From Eledone cirrhosa (Eukaryota), in NCBI GenBank assembly GCA_964016885.1, contig OZ024741.1:358608001-358672000 (forward strand): a stretch of 64,000 bases of DNA. Reading direction: 5' to 3'. Of the stretch, positions 38,515 through 51,092 are shown piece by piece. The position numbers and the translations under genes are program-made. The notes below the pieces were generated by a model. It was not told the origin of the DNA, ran no database searches, and worked only from the letters and a program-made list of their open reading frames with translations. Position 1 is the first letter of the stretch. Each line of letters begins with the position of its first letter.

Positions 38515-39001
38515 TTGAATACATATAAAAATGAGAAATCTCATCGCTAGAACAGCTGTTAAAACAGCTAAATGCTGTCAAAGACAGCGATAGGCAAAAA
38601 TGCCACAGAGAACAGAGACCAAAGGCTAGTGGTCAACAGAGAGACAATACACAGAATGGGTGACAAGCAGATGAAATATAGAAAAGATTGAAAGAGGAGG
38701 AGGACAAAGACTTGTGTACAAAAGTGTCTGGAAGAAGGAAATAAAGAAAGGCGATGTACAAAACAAGTTTACACACACATACACACATCTTCACCCTCAT
38801 CAGCTCTCAAACAATCAAAATGGTTTCACACGATTTAATTGAGAATACCATTTTAAAATGCTGGATCGTATAACAGAAAAAATTATCTTTCTGCTGTCAG
38901 TTGACAACTAGCCGCTGGTCTCTGTCCTCTGAGGCATTTTTGCCCATTGCTGTTTTAACAGCTGTTCTAGCGATGAGTTTTCTTATTTTATATGTATTCA
39001 A
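38515..39001. mobile_element. Foldback-like element with ~110-125-bp inverted arms
   Basis: TTGAATACATATAAAA..CTCATCGCTAGAACAGCTGTTAAAACAGC..GTCAAC, with its reverse complement at ~38897-39001. No clear TSD. Confidence 0.8.
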
Positions 39002-39472
39002 TGTGCAGATGACTGTTGGGTGTATGTTTCTATGCATTGGTTGGCAAAATATCTTATGGTATTTGGTTACGTTTTTTTTTACAAATTTCACCCAGATACA
39101 TTTCAACAAAATATAATGAGATATTTAAAGCAACAAACCCTTTCTAAGTTATGTGATAAAAACAGTTTTAGTTCTAATAGTTAATTTTAACACGTATTAC
39201 AACCTATTCATGACTGCTTTTTATAGAGATAGACAACACTGCTGGCAAAAAGAACATGGACATGAATGAAACATTTTCTCCCTACCCCTTTTTATCTTAC
39301 TTTTGTGTTCCAATAAATTCCAAATAAAAATTTTAGAACGTTTTTCTCAGACTGTAACATGCATGTGTAACAGACAAACAACAAATTCTGTGCAGTTATT
39401 ATAATATATATTTCTAGTAATATTGAATATAAAATATGTCCAATGCCAGAATATAGATTTCATAGGACTTAA

Positions 39473-39690
39473 CCCTTTTGATACCAACTGAGATAAAACT
39501 AGCTCTGGTTCTATGAAACAAAACTACCTATTTTAAAGAGTTCCTATTTAAATAAAAATCTCCCAACAAAATTTTATATATGAACCATACATTAAGCTAT
39601 GTTACAAATCTTGTATTAGTAATTTTAGTAAATTCTTCTATAATTAATTGAAATAGAGTGTATTGTATTAGAAATAGGATCACAAAAGGG
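39473..39690. mobile_element. piggyBac-like MITE
   Basis: TTAA|CCCTTTTG...CAAAAGGG|TTAA. Confidence 0.8.
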
Positions 39691-39879
39691 TTAAGATATG
39701 TATATATAGGTCCTTTTTGCTTATGGTATATTTAGGGCTTCCTTGTTTATTTACATTATTTTTACTATCCAGCAAAAGAATTGTCCCAGAAAATACCAGG
39801 GAATAGAAAATCACACAGCTTGCTTAGAAAGATCTGAGGAAGTGACCATATTTGGTGAGTTAATTTTTTACATATTCTG

Positions 39880-42800
39880 TCTTCTTCTTCTTCTTCTTCT
39901 TCTTCTTCTTCTTCTTCTTCTTCTTCTTCTTCTTCTTCTTCTTCTTCTTCTTCTTCCTGAGAGGGTCGTGGAGGCAGAGTCCTCAAACACTCCTGTAAGT
40001 GGGTCCTGTCAGAAGCAACCATCTCCAACTGATTCAGCTGGATCCCCAGGTATGACCAGCCAAGCTCATAGATGTTATCCAACCATCTTGCTCAGGGCCT
40101 AGCCCCGGATCTCTTGCCAGATGGTTTTGCCCATAAAATCTGTGCAGCAATATTTTCCTGAGACATTCTAACCACATGTCCATAGTTTCGCAGCTATGAT
40201 CTCTCAATTTGGAGAAGTAGCAGCTCTACCTGGAATGACTCTCTGATCTCCGAGCTATGCACTTTATCGAGTAACATTGCTCCAAAGACCCTTTGGAGGA
40301 ACTTCATTTTAGTTGCTTGTATTTGTGATCATATTCTTTCGGTCATTACCCAAGATTCAAGACCATAGGGAAGGGTTGGCACAAAAACTGAATTGAAGAC
40401 AGCGAGTTTGGCTTTTACGCCTACCGCCCTTCTGATTACTGACTGCTGAAGCTGGCGCATTACTGCACCAGCTTTTGCAATTCTTGCACTTAATTCCGCC
40501 TCCTGCCTTCCATCACTTGTGAACATGGCCCTGAGATACTTGAACTTCTCTATCTGCTTCAGTGGAACTCCATTCACATGTAGAGTGCACTACGCCAGCC
40601 TCCTTGAGAGGACAAGTGTAAGTCAAAGATCAGCTTCTCTAGAGTTAGGTAACACTATGTTGTCTGCAAATTCCAGCTGACTGATTCTACACCCACCAGT
40701 TATGACACCACTTCCAGCCTGGCTACGCATGTCAATCCTGCTTATGTAAATAATGAACAGGAGAGGTGACAGTACACACCCTTGGCGGAGTCTGACTTCC
40801 CACATTGAATGGTTTCAATTTAGAACCATTTATCCGAACACAAATACTTAGACATTCGTATAGAGACATCAGGGCAGCAAGAAGCTGACCATCAATCCCA
40901 TACTCCTGCACAACCTTCCACAGCAGATCCCAAGGAATGCAGTCATATGTCTTCTCAAGGTCGACAAAACAAGAATATACTTCTTGGCAATACTCCCACG
41001 ATTTCTTGAAGACCTGCCACTGTGTGAATATTTCGTCGGCTGTGCTGTGTCCAGGGTGAAAACGACACTATTCATCAGCTAGCTTGAACTTGACTATTTC
41101 CTTGCATCTCTTTGCCAGACACTTAGCTACTGGGGAGGCTTAACAAGGAGAACCCTCAATAATTGGAACAATCACTCTTGTCTCCCTTTTTAAAAATTGG
41201 GATTATCACTCTCTATTGCCATTTCTTAGGTGCCTTTCCAGAGATCCAGACCACCTGGCTTTTAACAGCTCAGGCTGGATTTCCTCTTTCTTCCCCCAAC
41301 AGCCTAACCACATTTGAGCTCTTTAACTGCTCTTGTGACTTCAACCTCTGAGAGATTAGTCACTGCTCCTGGTGCACCTCGTGTATATCCAAAGATGCTG
41401 TTGTTATCAGGTTTAGGAGATCAGCAAAGTATTCTCTCCACCTCACGAGAATGCACCTCTCTGAAAAGTGGACAACCCCAGTGGTGCTCTTGATAGCAGG
41501 TATGGAAAAGGACTTCTTATTACGAAGTTAGTAAATGGATGGTCTGCCAGAACGCTTTATTTGCTGATCTGAAGTTGAATTACAGCTTAACCCTAAAGTC
41601 CTCCCATTTTTTTTAACTTTGGACATCTTTATTGGCTCTGCTTTGATTTTTTGTGCCTGTTTGTACCGCAAGTGCAAGAAGGAGGACTTATTTCCAAGCC
41701 AAGCTTTGTAAGCCTCCTTCTTTGCTCGGATGACATCTTTGACCTCTTGATTGAACCAAGGGTTCTTCCTGCCAATTGGTGCCACACCAAGCCTCTTTTG
41801 CCCACAGCATTTAACAGCTGAAGCAGAAACTGCTGCGCTAAACAATCTCCACTTCGTCTCAACGTCCTCAGTTTGCTCAAAGAGTTCTCTGAATTTGGAT
41901 GCAACAGTACCTGCATACCTGGTTCTGACTTCCTTATCCACCAATGCTTCCCATTTTATCCCGTAGGTCGCTCTGGGCTTGCCAGTTTTAGGGGCTTCTT
42001 TGGCTTTAGGTAGTCTCCAGTTGTAGATAACTAGACAGTGATCAGTTGACAACTCAGCCCCTCGTAACATGAACATCCAGCACAGAATCAAAGAGATCAG
42101 AGACAATAACAAAATCAATTATTGATATCTGTCCCTGATTCCCCTTATTCCATGTATATTTATGGATGTCTCTGTGCTGGAAGAAGGTGTTCATAATAGA
42201 GAGTCCATTGCTAGAATGGAAGTCTAGTAAGACCTCTCCATTCGAATTCAGTTTGGGATCACCATTCCTTCCTATCACCCCTCGCCATGTCAGGTCATCA
42301 GTGCCAACATGTGCATTGAAGCCTCCCATCAGTATATATGACTCAGTCTTAACTACATCTAATGCTGCATTGACTTCATTAAGGAAGGATCTGTATTTGA
42401 ACTCCTTGTTTGGTACATAAACTTACACCAGTCACAGAGACCTATCTTTCAGCTTAATCTTCAAGAGGCAAATCCCTCCTAATGGGATCCAGTGCATAAC
42501 ATATTCTGATAGCTGGGGGCATGTGAGTATCCCCACTCCTATCTGTGGAGTCATTTCTAGCACCACATCTGAATAATGGAGTTTCCATCCTCCATCCAAA
42601 TCTGCAGTATCATAGCCATGGAATTTTTTGAGGAAATCCTGACTATATCTAGTCGGTAGTATCTAGCCTCCTCCACTAGTTCCTGTTCCTTACCTGTAAG
42701 ATTTGTGATGTTCCAGGTTCCAACTGTCAAGGTTTTCTCCCTTCTGGGCCCTCTTTGGGGTCTCAGGATATACAATCTTTGTGCATTCATCCCACGCCTC

Positions 42801-42950
42801 TCAGACAGGTTGCAGGCCCATTGCTGGTTTTTGCAGCATGAAATGGAGACTGCAATATATTTTGTGAACAGCCCTCCCCTCTCTACCTAAGGCCTGGATG
42901 TGTCCCTTGTTAACCCCCGCAAAAGACGGTGCGGTATGGTTTTTCTTTGT
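39880..42950 (-). mobile_element. Near full-length degenerate RTE-clade LINE (APE endonuclease + RT) with (GAA)n tail
   Basis: EN motifs TVGTWNITNL and GGFNAHVG...IMNTFFQH...IDFVIV; RT motifs LRQGCVLSPLLF, EFADNIV, FKYL and PTLPYGLESW; (CTT)n at 39880-39956; multiple frameshifts. Confidence 0.92.
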
Positions 42951-43074
42951 TTTCCTCATCATATTGCAGTTTCAGTTTCAGTGGTCTTATTAATGCCAGT
43001 CTCCAATCTGATATTTTGTTAAAGCCCCGAACATGAAAATTGTCAAAAACAATATCATTATTTCTTCTAACCTA

Positions 43075-43262
43075 ATGGCAGGTGAATTGGCAGTATCGGT
43101 AGAGAGTCTGACATGCTTTCCAGCATAGCCACGTCCCTTTACGATCTGAATTCAAATCCCGCCGAGGTTAACTTTGCCTTTCATCCTTATGGGGTCGATA
43201 AAATAAAGTACCAGTAATACACTGGGTAATTGTTGGCCTTGTGCCAAAAGTAGAAACAATTA
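43075..43262 (+). mobile_element. SINE, second family (core resembles the Meta-type domain)
   Basis: GAATTCAAATCCCGCCGAGGTTAACTTTGCCTTTCATCCTTATGGGGTCGATAAAATAAAGTACCAGT; flanked by an 18-bp direct repeat ATTATTTCTTCTAACCTA. Confidence 0.8.
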
Positions 43263-43313
43263 TTTCTTCTAACCTAGGGCGGTGGATTGGCAGTATCGGT
43301 AGAGAGTTGGACA

Positions 43314-44470
43314 TCTTTGGACAGCTGCTTATGACATGGGTGACATCTTCGATGTTAATTCTGCAGAGTCTGCATTTGTTGTCACATATAGGTGTTTTGC
43401 CTGCATCCCTATCTCTTTTGTGAATCAGGTATTTCGTGTTGATTTCCTGTTCTTGGATTGCAAAAGCGTATCCTTCAAAGTGGGAGCCAATATAATGGTT
43501 GTTGGTCCAAGATAGACTGCTTTGTTTATCTATATTACTCTCACTCTGGAGCTTCCTGACAACATACCCATGCATGATTTTTTGCTCATAAGCATGCAGT
43601 TTTTCATCCATGGATTCACTGCGGTACTGCTGAGCAACTTCCCTGGCTGTGAGATTTGATTATCACACAGGGAATATCTTTCAAGGAGTTCCTTCCCAAC
43701 TCTCATGATCTTATCTGTTTCATGCAGATATACTTGCTTGAGAGACGGGCTCCTACACTTCGAGGTTCGTAGATGTTGTCGGAGAGATATGATACGACAT
43801 TCAAATGCTGTCTGGACTGATGTTAGACCTCTGCCTCACTGCTTACCTTTTAAGTAAAGGCAGTCTATGTCACTGTTGATGTGGAAGTTTCTGGTGTTGT
43901 TTAGTATTTTTCAAGTTCTAACATCAATTGCTCGGATTTCGTCTATCGTCCAATTGAGTATTCCAAACATTGATGTTAGGACAGGCATAGCAAACACATT
44001 GTGAGCCACTGTTTTATTGTGTGCAGAGAGTTCCGATGACCATATTTTTCTTATTCGGGTGTAATATTCCCTGGTTACGCGTTCTTTATTACAGATACCA
44101 TTATAGGATATGTTCTCATCTATCCCCAGGTATCTGTAGCAGTCCTCATCAGATATCGGTGAAACAGTTAAGCCATTGATGACAATGTTGCTAGATTGGG
44201 TTGTTGTTTTTCCCTGCTTTGCAATCATATATGAACATTTATCTTGGCCAAACTCCATTCCTATATCCTTTGAGAATGTTGTAACCAGGTCAAGATTTTT
44301 CTTTGTTCCACCTATGTTCTTGGCATAGAGTTTCAGATCATCCACAAAGAAATTATGGGTTAGGTTCGTATTTCTGTCCTCCTGTGAGCCAATGATGTAT
44401 CCTTCACATTTCTTGAGCAGAAAGGATAAGGGGTTTAATGACAGGATAAATAATATCACAGAGAGACTGT
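43314..44470 (-). mobile_element. R4/Dong-like (RLE-type) non-LTR retrotransposon fragment
   Basis: LFILSLNPLSFLL, FFVDDLKLYAK, IGMEFGQDKC, YRYLGIDE, AIQEQEINTK and CCHC knuckle CRLCRINIEDVTHVISSC. Clade assigned from recalled motifs. Confidence 0.8.
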
Positions 44471-44490
44471 CTATGTATGTATGTAAACAT

Positions 44491-45065
44491 GTTTAGTCGC
44501 TGACAGCCGAACCATGCGACAGATTGTACTGGATTATGTGTAACCAGTAACACTCAAGAGTGACCCTGCAGGACAAAAAGCAAAACCTGACAAAGGGTGG
44601 AAGAACTCATAAGAGTCAACAGCCATCCAAGAATGTGTAAATATGTATATACACATGTACATATGTATATGTATATATGTATATGCATGTGTACATATGT
44701 GTGTATATGCACAAGGACAGAGAAATAATCAGGCTGGATACCCAATCACGCAGTTGAAACACTGGAAGTGAAGGACTCCTAGCCTTTATCAGGGCATTCT
44801 TCTAGGAGAAGGCAACTCAGGAAACTGGGATAATTCTGACATAAAACCTGCAGCTCAATAATTACCAATGATGTTGATCTTTTCTTCTTTTCGAGTTATA
44901 GCTACTGTCGCTCAGAGAGTATGATTGGCTCAGTGCACAGTCTTTCCTCACCTTAAAACAATCTTCATGCACAGGTATTGAACAATAGAATTAATTAATA
45001 ATTATCAATAATGTTGGCCATACTTGATAACGAGAGAGCAGCCATCATGTATGTATGTATGTATG
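44491..45065 (+). mobile_element. Non-autonomous RTE-related retroelement
   Basis: Homologous to 33421-34010; ends CATACTTGATAACGAGAGAGCAGCCATCAT(GTAT)n. Confidence 0.65.
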
Positions 45066-45069
45066 TCAA

Positions 45070-46452
45070 CAAATTGCGATCTTGTAGCGCACACAGAGAG
45101 TGTATGCAGCACATTTTCAATGCATTTCTGATGCTTGCACTGCCCTAGGATTGACTCTCAGTCTCAAGAAAACCATCGCCATGTACCAACCTGCCCTGGT
45201 AAGCAGTACACTGAACCAAATATCTATGTGTATGGTAAATAACTTGGAGTGGTTGATCAGTTTGTCTACCTGGGAAGCACTGTCAATCGATACAGCAACC
45301 TTGACAGTGAAATCTCACTTAGGATTAGGAAAGCAAGTGATGCTTTCAGAAAGCTAGAAAGGCGCCTCCGGGGTCGACGAGACATATGCAAGAAGGCAAA
45401 GATAAAGGTGTACAAGGCATGTGTGCTCTCTTTTCTTTTTTATGCCTGCGAGACCTGGGTCACATATCGACACCACCTTAAACAATTGGAGCGTTTCCAT
45501 CAGAAGTGTCTCAGATAGATCCATGGCGTTCACTGGAGGGACCATTTTGGAAAGCTCTCTGTGTGAAAGTATAGAAGCTCTTGTGCTTAAACAAAGACTT
45601 CGATGGAGTGGTCAACTTGCCAGGATGAAGGATTCTAGAATACCGAAACAACTCTTTTATGGAGAGTTAGTTAAAGGAAAACGACCTCCACATAAACCAA
45701 AAAAGAGGTGTAAGGATTAGTTGAAAGACTCTTTGAAAGACGTTAACATCTTTGCTGATACATGGGAAAGCGTAGCTGCTGATCATAATAAATGGAGAAA
45801 GACTGTACATGAATGGATAGTTGTTTTTAAGGCATCTTGAATTGCATACGAGAAAGTAAAAAGGGATGTGAAGAAGGGCATAGCTGTTGCATTTCCAGAC
45901 AGTGAAGGTCCTCCTATGGCGCTGACATGCAGCGTCTGTGGAAGTCTGTCGAAAGTCATCTTCACAGTCATAAAGTGAGACCAGTGGTTGACTACGAGGC
46001 TGCTTTGGAGATGCTACTCATCATGCCTATCAAGCATGTGGAAGAGAGTGATCAGCAGGAGGACTCAAATAACATACAAAAGTACCTGAAATCCAACCAC
46101 AGCCGGCTATTGCCAGTAAATGTTTTGGTTGCCAACTCTATGCAAGACATTTTATTTCATTGGCTGGGCTAAAAAGCCACATTCGATTGCAGCACCATTA
46201 ATTGTTATTGTGTGTGTATATGTATGTGTGTGGGGGTTTGTGTGCATATGTGTGTATGTGTATGTATGTGTGTGCATGTGTGTATGTATATGTATGTGTA
46301 TATGTATATATAGATATGTATGTGTGTGTGTTTATATATATATTTTTTTTGTGTTATTATTATTGTCATTATTGTTATTATTATATTGTTGTTGTTTTTT
46401 TCTCGTGCAATGGGCATACTCGATAACGAGGGGGCAGCCATCATGTATGTAT
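45070..46452 (+). mobile_element. RTE/BovB-like LINE 3' fragment
   Basis: VDQFVYLGST, IRKASDAFRKL, VYKACVLSFLFYACETW and RLRWSGQLARMKDSRIPKQLFYGEL; ends CATACTCGATAACGAGGGGGCAGCCATCAT(GTAT) after microsatellite-rich 46205-46400. Confidence 0.85.
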
Positions 46453-46686
46453 ATGTGTATGCATGTATATATGTACGTATGTGTGTGTTTATGTGTGTGT
46501 TGTGCATGTAATTTTTATGGTTCCATTCTATTGTATGTGGCCACACTTTGGCACTAACATCAATATCCATGTTAATTTGATTTTTCTTCGAACACATGAA
46601 ATTCTTCCTAATAATATTTTAATAATCATAAAAATACTGAAACATTGCTGGCTCTGAATTACATATGTATTTGTTTTATTGTTTAG

Positions 46687-46778
46687 GGATGACAGAGTTG
46701 GACAGAAAAACTATACTTGACTTACACAATAAACACCGGAAACATGTCGACCCACCAGCCTGTAACATGATGAAATTA
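46687..46778 (+). CDS. CAP/CRISP-family gene exon (G-MTELDRKTILDLHNKHRKHVDPPACNMMKL)
   Basis: TTTAG| acceptor and TTA|GTAAGT donor; 92 nt; CAP3 motif HNxxR plus PPAxNM. Confidence 0.95.
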
Positions 46779-46829
46779 GTAAGTGAACTTAATGTTATTA
46801 AGGAGTTAACAATGGAGTGAATAATTTTT

Positions 46830-47040
46830 TTCTGCTTTAGGCACAAGACCAGCAATTTGAATGGAGAAGAAAGTCAATTACATTGACTTCAGTTCTTGAC
46901 TGCTACTTATTTTAACAACCTCAAGAAGATGAAAGGCAAAGTTGACCTTTGCACTCAGAATGTAAAGAGCTGGAACAAATACCACATGGCATTTTCTCTG
47001 ATGCTCTAATGATTCTGACAATTCACCACCCTCAGAGTAA
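46830..47040 (-). mobile_element. Degenerate SINE (second family)
   Basis: GATGAAAGGCAAAGTTGACCT is the reverse complement of the core; GCACAAGACCAGCAAT tail. Confidence 0.65.
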
Positions 47041-47929
47041 ATAATGAAACAAAGGTTTTCTGATATTAGTACCATACCTGAAGTTACTGTGGTTAATACG
47101 TGGAGAAATTATGGTGATTTACTTCCAAAATGACCAAACATCAGTTGTCATTGGTGTCCAGAGTACTTGTGTAGTACATAGATGTGCAGTCACACCAATT
47201 TATATTTCCTCATGATTGTCTCCCAATAAGTATTTCTATCATGTGGTATGTTTGGTGATAGACCCAGGTCTCATTGCCCGGCAAGCTGTTGAAGTATTAA
47301 TAGGTTTGTCATTGAACCTATAGTAGGTTCTTCTGGTGTTCTTGGTCCTAAACCACCTAGTTGCTGCTATTAGGACAGAGTTAGTCACCCACAGAAATGA
47401 GCCCTGTGTTTTGGATTGGCTACTTCAATAAATCTTCTTTGCTATTCTTTGAGGGAATGTTTTCTCTATTCTGTCTGCTGTGACCATGAAGCAGTAAACA
47501 CCTGAAGTTCTGCATGTTGGAGAGTGTTCTCTGATATTTTCCAGTCATACACCATTGTGGTAAGGGGGGTGTCTTATTTACGATACATACACATATAGAA
47601 ATTTCCTTAACATTTGAAATCTGTCAAATCTTGATTGGCTCTTAACATTCATATTATTGTAATCAAGTTTAGGCATGATAACAAACTAGCAGGTTTGATG
47701 AAGAACAATGAGGAGTCAACTTAGAGAGATGAGTTGTAAAAATTAGTTATGTGGCTTGCTGATAACAACCAGACAGTAAACGCCAAGAGAAATATTGACT
47801 TCAGTGGAGTTGTAAAAAGGCTCGCTGCTTCAAACTGATAACCATAGCCAACATTACACAGCAATAGGAGTGCATTAGTGAATGACAGCTTTCCATAGAA
47901 AGACTATATCAAATTCTTTATAAAGTTGG

Positions 47930-48010
47930 AACTAGTAGCCAAGTGGCTCATTAACATGGTTAGTACTCTTACCAGGTATCTAAGAGATGTGGGGTTTGAT
48001 TCCTCACAAG
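47930..48010 (+). other. Degenerate tRNA-like sequence or SINE head
   Basis: A-box-like TAGCCAAGTGG and B-box-like GGTTTGATTCC; no intact cloverleaf. Confidence 0.3.
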
Positions 48011-48648
48011 TACCTATGTTCATGTTTTTCTGTCTCCAGAGGTATTTTAACCAATTTTCTCAACTGTTTATAGTGATTGACTATTATTATGGTCATTTCT
48101 GTGTTGGGATGACTACATTTCAAGCTTCATATATATATATATATCATCATTTTATGTCCGCTTTTACCTGCTGTTAATTGTCCTAACATAATTGCCACTA
48201 TCCACAACCTCAAATAAATATTATCCATATAGCTAAATTCCATATATATATATATATATATATAAATATAAGTATGTATACGTACATACATATATGTATA
48301 CAGACATAGTATAATGTAGATATATACATACATGAACACATATATATATGCATGTATGGGTTTACCGAACATTTATTATAATGCTCGGTTTGTTTGTAAA
48401 CAAACAGCCCGAATTACGCCGTACAGTGCTCGGCAACCATCATCGCCCTTTTGTTCAACACTGACAAAGGAACGATGTACTAGTTTCAAGCTTATTAGCT
48501 ATCATCAACATCGTATACCTTCCTGTCAGATGATTGAACGTTTGAAAGTATATACTTTCATTATGCATATTAACGGCTGAGCAGCCTAATTTGCATATCG
48601 AGTGAGTTAGTCGGCCGGGCGTACTGAAAACGATAAATGGAAAAGAGT

Positions 48649-49905
48649 GAAACGAAATTTCATTTCTCACTCTTAGTACGGCTGATACTTAAATATAAGT
48701 ATGTCATCATCATCATCATCATCACCGTTTTACGTCCGTTCTTCCACGCTAGCATGGGTTAGACGGGTTGTCCTGTTGTGGGCAGTGTCTGGTCGGCTGA
48801 CCATGCCTTGCTCATACAGGAACTGATCTGGCTTGATTTCTACAGCTGGATGCCCTTCCTAACACCAACCTCATTTACAGTGAGTGCTGGGTGCTTTTTC
48901 GTGGCGCCTACACGTCCACTTTACAGTGTGGGCTGGGTGCTTTTTTGCCGTGGCACCTCCACGGCCACCTTGCGGTGGGGGGGGGCGGCATATTGTTTAT
49001 ATGCTTCAGCATGTACCCATGGGAGGTCGGGTACCCTGTATTACTGCGTGACGCCAGAAGTCACGGTCGTGTGTCATTGACTTTGAGAGGTGTAGTTGGG
49101 TAAGGTCGGCTTTTATCACCTCATCCCAAGTCATCTTGGGTCTCCCCACTCCGCGGTTTCCATCAACTTCTAGTGCTCTGCACCTTTTTATGCAGCTGTC
49201 ATCCTTCATACGCATCACATGTCCATACCAGCGTAACCGCCTCTCCTGCACGCAGCATTTGATTCCTCTTATGCTCAGTCTCTCTCTCAATTCCTTTATG
49301 CTTTGTCGTTCACGTATATTACTGTTACACATCCATCGGAGCATGCAGGCTTCGTTTCTCTCTAATCTATGTAAGTCTTCCACCTTCAGCGCCCAGGTCT
49401 CACTACCATGCAACATCGCTGTTCGGATACACGCATCATACAGTCTGCCTTTCATTCTGAGGGAGAAGCCTTTTGCAGCTAGCAGTGGTAGTAGTTCCCT
49501 AAACTTCTTCCATCCCGTTCTTACCCTAGTTATTGTACTTTCTGAGCACCCACCTCCGTTGCTAATTCGGTCACCTAGGTAGCAGAAGCTGTCTACTGTT
49601 TCTACAGGGCCCTCCCAGAGATTGGTGGTACTTGTTTCCTGTGGCTGTTTGCTTGCTGTTTCAGCACAGCTGCTGCTGTATGTACATACATATATGTATA
49701 CAGACATACAGTAGTATGTAGATATATACATACATGCACACATATATATATGCACATATATATATGCATACGTACATATATATATGTGTGCATGTATGTA
49801 TATATCTACATACTACTGTACGTCTGTATACATATATGTATCTACGTATACATACTTATATTTAAGTATCAGCCGTACTAAGAGTGAGAAATGAAATTTC
49901 GTTTC
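48649..49905. repeat. Palindromic element split by an RTE insertion (48649-48705 plus ~49678-49905)
   Basis: GAAACGAAATTTCATTTCTCACTCTTAGTACGGCTGATACTTAAATATAAGTATGT has its reverse complement at ~49850-49905; ~49680-49850 is itself palindromic. Confidence 0.8.
48706..49625 (-). mobile_element. 5'-truncated RTE LINE, relatively young
   Basis: Uninterrupted frame VDSFCYLGD...WKKFRELLPLL...MLHGSETW...RRLRWYGHV...GRPKMTW; (CAT)n tail at 48706-48724. Confidence 0.92.
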
Positions 49906-49932
49906 TTTCTTTTCCATATATATAAATATATA

Positions 49933-50232
49933 TATAAGAAATGTAAATCTGAGTTTTTTTAATATTAATAATAATAATATTCGATTCATTTGCAATTATG
50001 CAAACAGCCTCTTTCAGCCATGTGAGTAGAACAACCTCGTTATACTTGCTCTTGTGTTGGCATATAAACAGAACAGCAGACACTAATGTTTCTGCCGTTC
50101 TGTTTATATGCCAATGCAAGAGCAAGAATGACAGATTCATTCTACTCACATGGCTTAAAGAGGCTGTTTGCATAATTACAAACAAATCGAATATTATTGA
50201 TATTTGAAAAACTCAGATTTACATTTCCTGTA
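49933..50232. repeat. ~300-bp near-perfect palindrome (hairpin MITE-like)
   Basis: GAAATGTAAATCTGAG...ATTATGCAAACAGCCTCTTT...TTGGCATATAAACAGAAC is mirrored around ~50082. Confidence 0.92.
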
Positions 50233-50499
50233 TTCAGCCATGTAGAGTGATAAAACTATTTGCTAGTTTTATATATATATATATATATACACATATATAG
50301 TAAGAAGTACACCAACAGCTGAAGTGTATAATAAAGTTATATCTGAGTGTGTAATCAAAACTGAATCGACATGTATAAATATATACACATATCTAATATG
50401 TAGGCAAATTGAAAAAATGATAAACATCTTTAATCGATTCTCGGATCTTATTGGAGCCTCATCAAAAGATGTGTATATCATCCAATCAACCATAAGAAA

Positions 50500-50775
50500 A
50501 CCTGTATTTGATGGGTTTGCTCTTAGTATTATTCAGAAATGGACATATGTCAAAACAGAAACAGATCACCACATATTTAAAATATTCCTGGATAAATTCC
50601 TCTAAGAAATCCTGGATAAACACCTTACACTTGGTTATGTCTCAAGAACTCTTTACTTGAGTGGGTCACAGTGTCCAAAATATGACTAGGCTGTAAACCT
50701 ATAATCTGAAGGACTTTGCCAGGTGATGTTATTAAATTAGACATGACCTGGGCCAACACAAGCTGAAACCTATAA
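50500..50775 (+). mobile_element. Possible 3' end of a CR1-group LINE
   Basis: IFKIFLDKFL*EILDK resembles the FKxxLDxFLxxIPD terminus also seen in 53500-53895. Confidence 0.4.
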
Positions 50776-50787
50776 AAGTTATATATA

Positions 50788-50821
<34 letters not shown>

Positions 50822-50826
<5 letters not shown>

Positions 50827-51092
50827 TGTTTCCTTGAGCAAGAAACTTTATTTCACATTGCTCCAGTTTACTCAGCTGTAGAAATGAGATGATAGGGACT
50901 GGGGTCCATATCATTCCACTGCAAAGTGGTCGTGGAGGTGCCACGGCAAAAAAGCACCCAGCACTCACTGTAAATGAGGTTGGTGTTAGGAAGGGCATCC
51001 AGCTGTAGAAATCAAGCCAGAATCAGTTCCCGTCCCACCCTTGCAAGCAGGGAAAAAGTGGACGTTAAATGAAATGATGAATGATGAAATGA

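Noticed and set aside
39743-40102. Poly-Leu / poly-Glu ORFs
   Set aside because: They are translations of the (CTT)n LINE tail.
46120-46657. Cys/Val/Tyr-rich and His/Thr-rich ORFs (also 33006-33297, 48127, 49602, 63047)
   Set aside because: They are translations of (TG)n, (TA)n and (TATG)n microsatellites.
47150-47560. Possible GIY-YIG/Penelope relic on the minus strand (EI*IGVT)
   Set aside because: A single degenerate motif with a stop; no other supporting motif recognised by eye.
47930-48010. Functional tRNA gene
   Set aside because: A- and B-box-like motifs are present but the acceptor and anticodon stems do not pair; at best a SINE head.
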